31,105 bases of DNA from Deltaproteobacteria bacterium TL4 (GTDB lineage Bacteria; SAR324; NAC60-12): contig JBBCAX010000336.1 of assembly GCA_051382335.1 (NCBI GenBank), forward strand, positions 1 through 31,105. Reading direction: 5' to 3'. Every line of letters begins with the position of its first letter. The first letter of the stretch is position 1. This document shows positions 16,735 through 27,064 of this stretch, in pieces. Under the pieces are notes generated by a model, which had not been told where the DNA came from, searched no databases, and worked only from the letters and a program-made list of their open reading frames with translations. The translations under genes and the position numbers were made by a program.

Positions 16735-17637
16735 TTGAATGAGTCCGCAGTCATCTTTGATATCCAACGTTTTTCGCTCCATGACGGTCCTGGTATTCGA
16801 ACTACTGTTTTTTTAAAAGGGTGTTCCTTAAGGTGCCTTTGGTGCCAAAACCCTGAGTCACAATCACTCCAGCCTGAAATCGCCTTTTATCGAGAATATT
16901 GTCAAGAATGTTATCGCTGTGAAGCGAGTTGTTCCCAAGGTGCCATCATCCGGGGAAAGCACGCACGCATTTCCTATGAACAATGTAATGCTTGTCAGAA
17001 GTGTGTTGCCGTTTGTAATACTCGTGCTTTGAGATTGATTGGGAAAACCTGGAGTGTCCAGCAATTATATGAGGAAATCCTTAAAGATCGGGATTTTTTT
17101 GAGGATTCTCAAGGCGGCGTAACTTTTTCAGGAGGAGAACCCTTGATACACTCAGCCTTCCTTGCGTCATTATTGCCCCTGTTGAAGCAAGCGGGCATTC
17201 ATGTCACTGTCGAAACCAGTGGCTTGTTTCAATGGCAAAAAATCTCTCCTTTGCTTCCCTACCTGGATCTGATATATTTTGACCTAAAACATACGAAGGC
17301 CACGCTTCATCAAAAATTCACAAAGCAATCCAATAAAAAAATATTGGAAAATTTCGAAAAACTGACCAAGGTTTTTCCTGCGGTACAACCTCGGATGCCT
17401 GTGATTCCAGGAATCAATGATGATGCGGAAACGCTTAAAGCGGTGGCCTTACTGCTCAAAAGCCAAGGTTATGAATCCATTCACTGTCTTCCCTACCATA
17501 ACTTGGGGGAATCTAAAATTCCCAGATTAAACACGCAGATGAAACCCCTGCATCTGCAAAGTCTGGATATAAAAAATTTGGAACTCATTCAACGAACCTT
17601 TAAAAAGGAGGGCATCCATGCTGTCATCTACGATTAA
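16735..17637 (+). CDS. Glycyl-radical enzyme activating protein (radical SAM with ferredoxin insert)
   Basis: HDGPGIRTTVFLKGCSLRCLWCQNPES (CxxxCxxC), two CxxCxxCxxxC motifs, GGVTFSGGEP. Confidence 0.96.
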   Translation: MNESAVIFDIQRFSLHDGPGIRTTVFLKGCSLRCLWCQNPESQSLQPEIAFYREYCQECYRCEASCSQGAIIRGKHARISYEQCNACQKCVAVCNTRALRLIGKTWSVQQLYEEILKDRDFFEDSQGGVTFSGGEPLIHSAFLASLLPLLKQAGIHVTVETSGLFQWQKISPLLPYLDLIYFDLKHTKATLHQKFTKQSNKKILENFEKLTKVFPAVQPRMPVIPGINDDAETLKAVALLLKSQGYESIHCLPYHNLGESKIPRLNTQMKPLHLQSLDIKNLELIQRTFKKEGIHAVIYD

Positions 17638-20005
17638 CCCCGAACTTGCTTATGATGCGGATCGTATCATGCGTTTGAAGCACGCGGTACAAACCGAGCC
17701 TCTGGCAATCTGTACGGAGCGAGCGCATCTCTGGACTCAATATTTTAAAAAGTTTAAGCCTCAAAGAAAGCCCGCGTCAATTCAAATAGCCGAAGCTCTA
17801 AAGCAAGTTCTCAAGAAAAAAACGATTCACATTCATCCCGACGAATGGATTGTGGGGAACTATACTTCGAAACGGGTTGGGGGTTCTATTTATCCTGAAC
17901 TCCACGGAATAACCGCCTTGGAAGATCTTTTTAAATTTTCACACAGACAAACGAACCCTTTGAAAATCTCACCCCTCGAATCCTTAAAATTATTAAAAAT
18001 CATCCCTTTTTGGAGTACCCGGTTTTTGCTGGCAAAGGCCTACAAAAACCCGTTGAAGACGGCGAGACTTATTTCAGAACAGCTTCAAGCACATTATTAT
18101 CTCATCAATGAATCGGCCGGCATTTCTCATATTGCGCCCAATTATGAAAAGTTGCTCAAAATGGGGACAGACGGTTATCTTGCGGAAGTCAACACTTACC
18201 AAAAAAAAGTCAAGAAACGGTCTCCTGCATGGAATTTTTATGAAGGGGTCAAAATCATCGCGGAAGGCCTGGCGCAGTTTGGGGAACGTTATGCTGATGA
18301 AAGTTTAAACTTGGCAAAAAAGGAGCAGAATCCGCAGCGCAAACAGGAATTGGAACGCATTGCGCACGTATGTAAAACGGTCCCTCGAAAGAGAGCCACG
18401 TCCTTTCATGAAGCGTTACAGTCCTTATTTTTCGCGCAAATCGCCATCAATCTTGAAAGTTTAGACAACTCCGTTTGTCCGGGCAGAATGGATCAATACC
18501 TCTTCCCTTATTATGCGGAAGATCTTCAAACAGGACGTATAACTCGCGCAAAGGCCAAGGAACTCGTGGCCGCGTTTTCTATCAAAATGTCAGAAATTAT
18601 CCCGGTGTTTTCAGAGCGAATCACCAAAGTTCATGGCGGAATGTTCAATGGACAGGTGGTTGTGGTAGGAGGCTTGAAACCTGATGGTACGGATGGAGTG
18701 AATGAACTCACTTATATCTTTTTGGAAGTGATGGATGAGTTACGAATGCGCCAACCCAATTACCATGCGAGGATTCATGCGGACTCACCCTCAAAATATG
18801 TAAAGCATCTCAACACGATCCTTTCAAATGGGGGGAACTCGCCCGCATTGTACAATGATGATCAGATTGTCCCAACCCTGATTCAAAACGGGTATACGGC
18901 TGAAGATGCCAGAAATTACACCGGAATTGGTTGTGTTGAACCTGTTTCCCAAGGCAAGAGTTTTGCGTCCACGGATGCCGCCTTAGTCAATGTCCCCATT
19001 ATTTTGGAACTTGCTTTAAATGAAGGAAAACCCTTTGGAAAACAAATCCGTTCAGGTGCGAAAACACAGCCGGTTTCTAAAATGAAAAGCATGGAGGATG
19101 TTAAATTGGCGTTTGAGACACAACTCCAGTACCAGTTTCAAAAACTTCACAAAGATTTGAACGCCATTGAAATCGCAAATAAAACCCTGCATCCAACGCC
19201 CTTGAGCAGTATGCTTTTGGACGGATGCATCGAATCAGGGAAATGTTCCACTGCGGGCGGCGCGCAGTATAATTTTTCAGGGGTTCAGTGTGTCGCGCCT
19301 ACGAATACAGGAGACGCGCTTTACGCCATTGAAAAAGCGGTGTTTGTGGATCAGCAACTGTCTTTAACACAATTGGTTTCACACTTAAAAAACAATTTTT
19401 CAGAGACGCACTGGCTTACGTACTTTCGAAACCTTGATAAATTTGGGAATGATCAGGCTGAAGTGGATCAATGGACACTTTATGTCATCAATACCTTTCA
19501 TCAACGCATCACAAGGTATGAAAATACAAGAGGGGGAAAATACACGATGGGGATCTATTCTGTGACGTGCCACCAGCATTTTGGAGAGATCACCGGAACC
19601 TTGCCTGATGGTAGACGAAAGGGAGAAGCCTTTGCCGCGGGACTTTCTCCAAGCAATGGGATGGACCAAAAAGGGCCGACTGCCCTGCTCAATTCAGTCA
19701 ATCGTATTGATTTTTCAAAAACAGCGAATGGTGTCAATTTTAATGTAAAATTTGACAGTCATACGCTCCGAGGTCAAGGCGGACCTTCCATCCTGGGAAG
19801 TCTCATTAAAACCTATTTTCGCAGAGGGGGCATGCAGATGCAGGTGAATGTCCTGGATCCGCAAGTATTGATTGACGCTCGGGACAATCCGGATTTATAT
19901 CCCTATCTCCTGGTAAGAGTCTCAGGATACTCCGCCTATTTTAATGACTTAACCCCCGCAATGAAAGAAGAGTTGATCCGGCGAAGTAATTTAAAAGTGG
20001 CTTAG
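17618..20005 (+). CDS. Glycyl-radical enzyme, PFL2/glycerol-dehydratase-like, substrate unknown
   Basis: GRMDQYL, single-Cys loop GIGCVEP, C-terminal LLVRVSGYSAYF glycyl-radical motif; overlaps the activase. Confidence 0.93.
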   Translation: MLSSTINPELAYDADRIMRLKHAVQTEPLAICTERAHLWTQYFKKFKPQRKPASIQIAEALKQVLKKKTIHIHPDEWIVGNYTSKRVGGSIYPELHGITALEDLFKFSHRQTNPLKISPLESLKLLKIIPFWSTRFLLAKAYKNPLKTARLISEQLQAHYYLINESAGISHIAPNYEKLLKMGTDGYLAEVNTYQKKVKKRSPAWNFYEGVKIIAEGLAQFGERYADESLNLAKKEQNPQRKQELERIAHVCKTVPRKRATSFHEALQSLFFAQIAINLESLDNSVCPGRMDQYLFPYYAEDLQTGRITRAKAKELVAAFSIKMSEIIPVFSERITKVHGGMFNGQVVVVGGLKPDGTDGVNELTYIFLEVMDELRMRQPNYHARIHADSPSKYVKHLNTILSNGGNSPALYNDDQIVPTLIQNGYTAEDARNYTGIGCVEPVSQGKSFASTDAALVNVPIILELALNEGKPFGKQIRSGAKTQPVSKMKSMEDVKLAFETQLQYQFQKLHKDLNAIEIANKTLHPTPLSSMLLDGCIESGKCSTAGGAQYNFSGVQCVAPTNTGDALYAIEKAVFVDQQLSLTQLVSHLKNNFSETHWLTYFRNLDKFGNDQAEVDQWTLYVINTFHQRITRYENTRGGKYTMGIYSVTCHQHFGEITGTLPDGRRKGEAFAAGLSPSNGMDQKGPTALLNSVNRIDFSKTANGVNFNVKFDSHTLRGQGGPSILGSLIKTYFRRGGMQMQVNVLDPQVLIDARDNPDLYPYLLVRVSGYSAYFNDLTPAMKEELIRRSNLKVA

Positions 20006-20131
20006 GATGTAGCCTTGAACATGGACTTGAGTTTTCGAAAAAATGAGTGTTGACAGATTTAAATCTGTGGCGTACTTTTTGTTGTAAGGCGCTTCCCGCA
20101 AAGAAATATTTTAAAACTCAAGGATGCCGCT

Positions 20132-21754
20132 CTAAGGGGAGGAAGGAAAGAGGACCAGGATGTTATTTCTTTGAATAGGGAGTGTGATTCGAAATTCGGT
20201 CCATTGACCTGGCTCGGACGAAATGGAGACATTCCCTGCATATTTTTCAACCTCTTTCTGAATCACATCGGTTCCCATTCCCCGTCCTGAAACCGTTGTG
20301 ATCTTTTCGGAGGTTGAGAATCTCGGCAGTAATAGTAAACGATAAACCGCTTCGGTATCCCTGGTTTTTTCCAAGTTCAGAAACTCGGCTTCAGTGATTA
20401 ATTGATGTTTTAAAGCGGCTTGCAGGACTCGCTCGGCGTTAATACCAGCGCCGTCGTCTTTCATTTTTAAGACCAACTTTTCAGAATCGAGCTCGACAGA
20501 GAACTCAATCTGTCCTGTTTCCAGCTTATTGACGCTGCTTCTCATTTCTGGAGTTTCGATTCCATGATCTACTGAGTTTTTGAGTACCTGATAAAAAGCA
20601 TTCCAAAGACTTTCAAACACGTCTCTCGGAAAGAAGACATCATAGGGCAAAGGCCGGGCGATAAATTGAACCGATTTTTTTAATTCTTTCGCCAGCTTGC
20701 CCACGGAGCTGTTGAATCGCTCAAAAAGAGTCAACAGCGGAATCGCGTCAATCATCAAGAGCCGATGTCGGAAACTTCCCAGAATTGCAGTGACCTTGGG
20801 GTTCTCTGAGTCTAATAACAGGCTACGGATTTGATCAAAGTCTTTTAACAGATGATAGTATTCGTTTAGAGGCAACACAACCGTTTCCCCTTCTATGGAA
20901 TCAGGTTGGACTCGGGTAATAATGCCTTCTGTCAGTGTCGTTAATAAAAATAATTGATTCAAGTTTTCGCGGATAGGTTGAACGCCATTGCTGGGTTTCC
21001 AACTTGCCCGCAAGCCCTCTAATAACGACTCGGCCTCATGACAGGCTTCGCCCAGAACGCCCAAACCCAAGAAAAACACGGTACCTTTGGAAGCATGAAG
21101 ATTGCGGGAGATCCGTCGAATCAATTCAGGGTCATTATAATATTCCGCATAATAACTCAGACTCAACTTCTCACTCATCTCTGGAAGATACTCACTTAAA
21201 TTATTCAAAACTTCATTGGGCAGTTTGCGCAATTCCTTCATCAGTTCAATGATTTTTCCCGCAAGTTGCTGTTCTTTGGATTCTCCATGAGGTTCCAACC
21301 AGATCAAAACATAGGGGTAGGTGGTTTCAGTCCTAATGGCTTTGAATTCCATTTCGTAATTTTGGCCATTACTCCAGGTGATTGAATAGGAAGGTGCCAT
21401 TTTTACAATATCTTCTGGCATCATCAGTTCAACCAGCATTTCATCCGATAAAATATCCAGCCAGTTTTGCACATTGATTTGCTCCGCTTCCGAAAAAGTC
21501 GATAAAAGAGTTTGATTTAACGGACGATTGAGGTAGGTCTTGAAATCTCCAAAGGTTTGCTCATGCTGCGTACCTGTCCCTGTATGAACATACAAAACAT
21601 GGGTGCTGCCACTATCAATGATGAGCGTGGGATAATCTTTTTTGACTTGGGCTGTTTTAATAAAAAACGCCTCTAACTCTTGAGAAATTTCAGACATGGA
21701 GCAACAAGGAATTAAAAGATCAAAAAGGTCAAAAAGATCATGGATGTGAGTCAC
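20132..21754 (-). CDS. CheA-like histidine kinase (Hpt + HATPase, no CheW domain)
   Basis: Hpt RNLHASKG...CHEAES, N-box KNSVDHGIE, G1 DDGAGI, FST...SGRGMG; ends shortly after the ATPase domain; start uncertain. Confidence 0.85.
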   Translation of the reverse strand: MTHIHDLFDLFDLLIPCCSMSEISQELEAFFIKTAQVKKDYPTLIIDSGSTHVLYVHTGTGTQHEQTFGDFKTYLNRPLNQTLLSTFSEAEQINVQNWLDILSDEMLVELMMPEDIVKMAPSYSITWSNGQNYEMEFKAIRTETTYPYVLIWLEPHGESKEQQLAGKIIELMKELRKLPNEVLNNLSEYLPEMSEKLSLSYYAEYYNDPELIRRISRNLHASKGTVFFLGLGVLGEACHEAESLLEGLRASWKPSNGVQPIRENLNQLFLLTTLTEGIITRVQPDSIEGETVVLPLNEYYHLLKDFDQIRSLLLDSENPKVTAILGSFRHRLLMIDAIPLLTLFERFNSSVGKLAKELKKSVQFIARPLPYDVFFPRDVFESLWNAFYQVLKNSVDHGIETPEMRSSVNKLETGQIEFSVELDSEKLVLKMKDDGAGINAERVLQAALKHQLITEAEFLNLEKTRDTEAVYRLLLLPRFSTSEKITTVSGRGMGTDVIQKEVEKYAGNVSISSEPGQWTEFRITLPIQRNNILVLFPSSP

Positions 21755-21793
21755 TAGACTCTAACCGATGCAAAACTATGGCCATTCCATAAC

Positions 21794-22696
21794 TCACACT
21801 TTTTGTAAATGCACGACCCGGGTCAGGTTTTGGATATCTAAAAAACATTCAACGAAATTTAAGGAGGGACTCGAACCGGTGAGCGTTTCCAGTGCATTTT
21901 TTTGATCAGCGCCAATTTCGAGAAACATGTTTCCTCCTGTCTTTAAGTAGGCTTCTCCCTTTTCAGAAAAATAACGATAGAAGTCCAAGCCGTCGGTTCC
22001 GCCATCTAACGCGATTTTCGGCTCATAGGACGCGACTTCTTTTTGAAGCGTAGGGATGATTTGAGTTGGAATATAGGGAGGATTACTGAGAATATAGTCA
22101 AATGGTGTTTCTAAAGATAACGCACTGAAGCGATCCGCTTGTAGCAAATGAACTTCGTTTTGTCTGGGATCAAGCAATTCATGGTAGTGTTGCCTGTTTT
22201 TGTGCGCGAAACTCAGCGCGATCTCACTAATATCGATTCCAATGATACTTAAATTTCGCAGTTCAGAACATAAAGCGAGAGGGATGGCACCTGTCCCTGT
22301 TCCGAGATCCACGATAGAACAGCGCTGCTCAGGGAATTTTCGCTGCCATTGTTTGATGGATTTGTAAGCGGCTTCCACTAAGGTTTCGGTATCCGGTCTG
22401 GGGATCAAGACCCCTTCTTGAACTTCAAAACTGAGGGTCCAAAAATCTTTTTTCCCGATCAGGTAAGCAACCGGAACACCTTCAATGCGCTTTTTAATCA
22501 ATTCACGATACTGTGTTCGTTCTTCATCGGATAGCGGTTTATCGGCATTCAGATACAGCCCCAGTCTTTCACAGCCACAAATTCGAGCCAAAAGAAGCTC
22601 CGCATCCAGGCGGGAAGAATCCATGTGATGCTGATCAAAATAGCGTGTTGTCCACTGTAATATTTCCTGGATGGTCCAAACCTGATCTTGAGACAT
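21794..22696 (-). CDS. prmC: Release factor glutamine methyltransferase
   Basis: PVAYLIG, VLIPRPDTETLVE, DLGTGTGAI, SNPPYI, EPKIALDGGTDGL. Confidence 0.96.
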   Translation of the reverse strand: MSQDQVWTIQEILQWTTRYFDQHHMDSSRLDAELLLARICGCERLGLYLNADKPLSDEERTQYRELIKKRIEGVPVAYLIGKKDFWTLSFEVQEGVLIPRPDTETLVEAAYKSIKQWQRKFPEQRCSIVDLGTGTGAIPLALCSELRNLSIIGIDISEIALSFAHKNRQHYHELLDPRQNEVHLLQADRFSALSLETPFDYILSNPPYIPTQIIPTLQKEVASYEPKIALDGGTDGLDFYRYFSEKGEAYLKTGGNMFLEIGADQKNALETLTGSSPSLNFVECFLDIQNLTRVVHLQKV

Positions 22697-22705
22697 AAAA
22701 GGTTC

Positions 22706-24502
22706 CTAAGGGACTTGTCTTGAAAGATTATTGTTTTCGTAAAGTTGCTCTATTCTGGTTTTGAAACGTTGAAAAACAGCTCGGCGTTTTATCTTTAAAG
22801 TCGGGGTCAGTATGCCATTTTCAACACTCCATTCTTGGGGCGTCAAGGCAAATTTTTTGGGTCTTTCAAATTTTTTAAATTCCTTGGTGTATGTTGCTAT
22901 TTCTGTTTGAAACAAATCCAGAATTTTTTCATGCTCCAGAAGTTCGTTTTCCTCACAATCAATCTTATGTTTTTTGACATAGAGGTTGACTTGTGCCAAC
23001 TCCGGGATGATCAGCGCGATGTTAAATTTACGATTTTCACCATAAACCATCACATTTGAAATATACGGACTGAGTTTGAGTTTTTCTTCAATCAGCGAGG
23101 GCGTGATGTATTTCCCATTGGCTAAGGGATACCGCTCTTTAAGGGGGCCTGTGATATGAAGAAAGCCCTCTCGATCAAACCACCCCAAGTCTCCTGTGCG
23201 AAAGCCTCCATCTTCAATCGCTTCTTGAGTTAATTTAGGTTGTTTGTGATAACAGACCATCACATTCGGACCATAAATGATGATTTCTCCCATTTTGTGC
23301 CGTTTCTCCACGACCACCGGCTTCAATTTCAGGGTAACGCCAGGGATCGGTTTTCCTACAGAGCCCACACGACGTTCTTGCTTCGAATTAGAGGTGACCA
23401 GAGGACCGGTTTCTGTCAAACCATACCATTCCTCAACGGAGATGCCCAGATTATCAATAAACTCGGCAATCTTTTTTTCCAGGGGAGCGCCCCCACTGAC
23501 GATACAGCGTAACTGTCCTCCTAACAGTTCTCTGATTTCACTGAAAACGAATTGATCCACAACTTCAAGAACGGTGCCGGATAAAAATCCCAGATGACCT
23601 CTACTCCGCTTTATCGCCGCATAGGTCATCCCTGTTTTTAGCAGATACCTGGTCACCAAACCCGTTAACTGTACCTTGGTCTGCAGGTGATTGTAGATCT
23701 TATTCAAGAGGTGAGGTACGCTGACGAGGATGGTGGGACGCACTTCCGCGATATTTTCAATAATTCCTTGGGTAGGCTGTGCAAATGCGGTTGAAAAACC
23801 ACAATAGATCAACGCGTGCAGTTCCGCAATTTGCCCAAAGCTATGGGCCCAGGGTAACAGACACAGACTACGGTCCGAAGGGTCAAAGGATAATAGGTCA
23901 TGAATGGCGCTGATGTTGTTCATCACCGTCTCATGACTGAGAATAACCGCCTTGGGCTCTCCTGTCGTTCCGGATGTGTAACTCAAGCCTATAGGTTCCT
24001 TCGGATGTGGCAATTTCGCCTGTATCGGTTTATTAATCCCCACTGCCAGCAATGCGTCATAACTTAGCGGATTTTTTACATTCCCATCCAAATGAACAAC
24101 ATGCTCCAAAAATTTTAGTGATTGAGGGTAATCTTTCACTTGTGAATAGATTTGATTCGAGGAGACCAATAAAACACTGGCACCGCTCTCATTGAGAATA
24201 GACTTCCACTCCTTCGGATTTTGAGCTTCATAGAGTGGAACATAATGTGCGCCCAGTCCATAAGTGGCATAGGCGCCCACAGCCCACTTCACACTATTTG
24301 GAGCAATTATCGCGACTTTATCTCCTGGCGTTATCCCTAAGGAGGATAAGCCTCCACGAAATTGATTCACCAACATTCCAAAAGCACCATAAGTCAGGTA
24401 TTCATAGCCGTCTGGTCCACGCGTTCCAAACATTGCGTTGTTTTTATATTCCTGACAGGCAGCCTGTTGCATGGCCACCAGATTCGTAAACTTTTGTTGC
24501 AT
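22706..24502 (-). CDS. Long-chain fatty-acid-CoA ligase-like AMP-binding protein
   Basis: YTSGTTGEPK, SGGAPL, YGLTET, FRTGDLG, LTPTLKIKR; ATG at 24502 preferred over TTG at 24565. Confidence 0.88.
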   Translation of the reverse strand: MQQKFTNLVAMQQAACQEYKNNAMFGTRGPDGYEYLTYGAFGMLVNQFRGGLSSLGITPGDKVAIIAPNSVKWAVGAYATYGLGAHYVPLYEAQNPKEWKSILNESGASVLLVSSNQIYSQVKDYPQSLKFLEHVVHLDGNVKNPLSYDALLAVGINKPIQAKLPHPKEPIGLSYTSGTTGEPKAVILSHETVMNNISAIHDLLSFDPSDRSLCLLPWAHSFGQIAELHALIYCGFSTAFAQPTQGIIENIAEVRPTILVSVPHLLNKIYNHLQTKVQLTGLVTRYLLKTGMTYAAIKRSRGHLGFLSGTVLEVVDQFVFSEIRELLGGQLRCIVSGGAPLEKKIAEFIDNLGISVEEWYGLTETGPLVTSNSKQERRVGSVGKPIPGVTLKLKPVVVEKRHKMGEIIIYGPNVMVCYHKQPKLTQEAIEDGGFRTGDLGWFDREGFLHITGPLKERYPLANGKYITPSLIEEKLKLSPYISNVMVYGENRKFNIALIIPELAQVNLYVKKHKIDCEENELLEHEKILDLFQTEIATYTKEFKKFERPKKFALTPQEWSVENGILTPTLKIKRRAVFQRFKTRIEQLYENNNLSRQVP

Positions 24503-24628
24503 ATCACTCTTTTGGGCCTCAGATACAGAGGCCTTTGATAAAAAAAAGAAAACTAATTCATTCAACAGACTGAGGTAAGATTTAAAAACTATTGTAACTT
24601 GGACTCAAGTCCCTTATCTTCGTATGCT

Positions 24629-25441
24629 ATGCACAAAACCTGGAAGAAGAGTCAAGCGTTTGAGAAAGAAGAATTGGACTTTATGGCATCATCCACTTAT
24701 ACGATTCCTGAACCTGAGGATGGCACGATTACTCAGTCTGACATTTACCTGGATCCCACAATCCTGGAGCATATGTTGCAGGAAACATTCACCGAAATAA
24801 AGGGGAATGACACTGATACTATAGAAGAATTATCCTTTACTGTGGAAGATATTGAAGCTGTTAAAACAAGACAGACTTCACCCTTTAAGTTTTCAAAACA
24901 ATTAGACACACAAATCACGAAAATTGCGAAATGTTCACAAACTCCTTTCCAAAATCATCTTAAAAAATGCCTGGGTACCACGTTCCGTGTGCAATTCTCA
25001 GGAAATGAGGTGTTGTCCTTTGAGCAGATCCAACAACAATTTCCTCAATCCAGTTACTTTTCCTTAGTACAATTTACCGAATCCAAAAAACAATGGCTGT
25101 TGCACATTGAACCTGTACTTGCTGAGGAATGGGCGCGAACGGCTTATGAGCAATTACTGCCCTTTGCCAAATGGATTCCTTCCCGCGGAACGGATTCTCA
25201 TATTTTTCTTCATATCGGAAGGCTCCTCAAGGGATACATTCAAATGTACATGAAGCTATGGGCACCTCTTCATTCTTTGGAACTCAAAGCCTGTTATCCT
25301 ACTTTATCGCCAAACCGATGCTCTTTTATGCCGGAAGATATCGCACTTTTGCAAACATTCAGGGTCTCTTCAGAAGTCGTTGACGGAAAATTACAGTGGG
25401 TTATTCCCTGTTCTTTTCTTCAGAACCTTGAGTCCACCTGA
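24629..25441 (+). CDS. Divergent FliM/CheC-fold-like protein
   Basis: C-terminal ~180 aa resemble the FliM middle-domain pattern (SFEQIQQQFP..YFSLVQF..WLLHIEP ... W.P ... GKLQWVIP); start uncertain. Confidence 0.5.
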   Translation: MHKTWKKSQAFEKEELDFMASSTYTIPEPEDGTITQSDIYLDPTILEHMLQETFTEIKGNDTDTIEELSFTVEDIEAVKTRQTSPFKFSKQLDTQITKIAKCSQTPFQNHLKKCLGTTFRVQFSGNEVLSFEQIQQQFPQSSYFSLVQFTESKKQWLLHIEPVLAEEWARTAYEQLLPFAKWIPSRGTDSHIFLHIGRLLKGYIQMYMKLWAPLHSLELKACYPTLSPNRCSFMPEDIALLQTFRVSSEVVDGKLQWVIPCSFLQNLEST

Positions 25442-25533
25442 TTTCTGTCTTTTTGAAAGGTGCAGAAGAAGGGATCTTGATAGAAATGAAAATAAAACTT
25501 TTTATGATCCACACCCTACATTAAAGAGGAAAT

Positions 25534-26829
25534 ATGCTTCGTTTGATTGATAATCGACTTATAACGATTCCCAAGGATCTCGGTACGGTCACTTCTTATG
25601 ATTCGGAGGAGGAAGTGGAACCTGAAGAAGTGGGGATGACTGCGAACCAAGTCAATGCGATTTGGAAAGCCTTGGAAGCGGTGTATCGGACACGGAGCTA
25701 TCCTGCCATTTCCTTTTGTTTGAGGCGCTCTGGTAAAATTGTTCTCAAACGGGCGATTGGACATGCGAAAGGCAATGGCCCCGACGATTCGCCTGACGCG
25801 GAAAAAATTCTGGTGACTCCCAAAACGCCGATTTGTATCTTCTCCGCCTCCAAAGTGGTTACCGCAATGCTGATGCATTTGTTGGATGAACGCGGAGAAA
25901 TTCATTTGCTCGATCCTGTTTCCAATTATCTGCCTGAGTTCGGCAGAGGCGGAAAACGAAATACCACCCTTTATCAACTTTTATGTCACAGGGGAGGCGT
26001 TCCCAATGATGCCATTGAATATGACGTCGATATCAATCTATTGGCAAATTCTGACAAGATCCTCCAGCTTCTCTATGAAGCCGAACCGTTGACGCAACAC
26101 GGCAGAGAAGTCCTCTATCACGCAATCACCACAGGCTATATTTTTGGCGAGATCATACGTCGGGTTTTGGGTAAGGACATCCGTGCGTTTCTAAAAGAAA
26201 CCTTTCAAGACCCTTTGGGGTTTCGTTATTTTAATTATGGCCTTCCCGAAGAAGCGATCGATCAGGTTGCCATCAATTATTTCACTGGTCCCAGAGGCTT
26301 GCTCATGGCTCCTTTTCTTAAAACGGCAAAAAGAGCACTCAGTGCACCGTGGAACATGATTGTAGAAGCCTCCAATGACCCGCGATTTTTTCGGGCCATC
26401 ATTCCTGCCGGAAATATTATTGCCACCGCTGATGAAATGTCACTCTTTTTTCAAATGCTGCTCAACAAGGGAGAGTTGAACGGGAAGCGCTTTCTCAAAC
26501 CGATGACCATTGTTCATGCAACAACGGAAATGAACAGTCTCCGATATGATCCCAACATCATGCTGCCCATGCGCTACAGTCCTGGGATGATGCTGGGACA
26601 CGATCCTTTTGGCTTGTTTGGACCTCATACGGGGCAAGCGTTTGGGCATATGGGTTTTATGACACAATTGTTTTGGGCGGACCCCTCCCGAGATATTACG
26701 GTCTCTTTTCAAAATACGGGCAAGGCCATGGTTGGGAATTATCTTTATTATTTGGAAAAATTATTGTTCAGCATCGCTAAAAATTGCCCCAAAAGGAGTT
26801 GGAATCAAAGGGATCGACGTCAAACTTAA
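25534..26829 (+). CDS. Beta-lactamase-family serine hydrolase (class C-like esterase)
   Basis: SxxK motif FSASK, LLCHRGG, YHA, AFGHMG, WADP; GAGGA RBS. Confidence 0.92.
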   Translation: MLRLIDNRLITIPKDLGTVTSYDSEEEVEPEEVGMTANQVNAIWKALEAVYRTRSYPAISFCLRRSGKIVLKRAIGHAKGNGPDDSPDAEKILVTPKTPICIFSASKVVTAMLMHLLDERGEIHLLDPVSNYLPEFGRGGKRNTTLYQLLCHRGGVPNDAIEYDVDINLLANSDKILQLLYEAEPLTQHGREVLYHAITTGYIFGEIIRRVLGKDIRAFLKETFQDPLGFRYFNYGLPEEAIDQVAINYFTGPRGLLMAPFLKTAKRALSAPWNMIVEASNDPRFFRAIIPAGNIIATADEMSLFFQMLLNKGELNGKRFLKPMTIVHATTEMNSLRYDPNIMLPMRYSPGMMLGHDPFGLFGPHTGQAFGHMGFMTQLFWADPSRDITVSFQNTGKAMVGNYLYYLEKLLFSIAKNCPKRSWNQRDRRQT

Positions 26830-26895
26830 ATGTCATTCCGCTTACTCACTTAACCCTCATGAGACAAGTCTCACAACGAAGCATGAAAGTAATTG

Positions 26896-26947
26896 GTAGG
26901 CCGGGATTCATGCCCGGCAAAGTGAGGGGCACGTAGTCCCCTTCTAC
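26896..26947. repeat. Inverted pair of a second GTAG-type REP between convergent genes
   Basis: GTAG-GCCGGG-ATTCATG-CCCGGC (+) and GTAG-AAGGGG-ACTACGTG-CCCCTC (-). Confidence 0.7.
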
Positions 26948-27064
26948 CACTTTCTTACAAAGGTGGGACAAACGTGGGTGGGTGAGCTTGCAAACGTAAC
27001 GTACCATCCCCTGTTTATTGCTGCGTTACGCCTTCCGGTTAATACCCCATGAAATGTTGTCTCT

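Noticed and set aside
17618..20005. Calling the GRE pflB or cutC
   Set aside because: Lacks the PFL Cys-Cys pair; specificity residues cannot be verified by eye and there is no supporting gene context
20053..20068. Perfect 16-bp palindrome ACAGATTTAAATCTGT
   Set aside because: Single copy between convergent genes; may be a weak terminator but nothing further supports a function
25534..26829. Antibiotic-resistance beta-lactamase
   Set aside because: No signal peptide; YHA and GHxG motifs fit esterase-type family members
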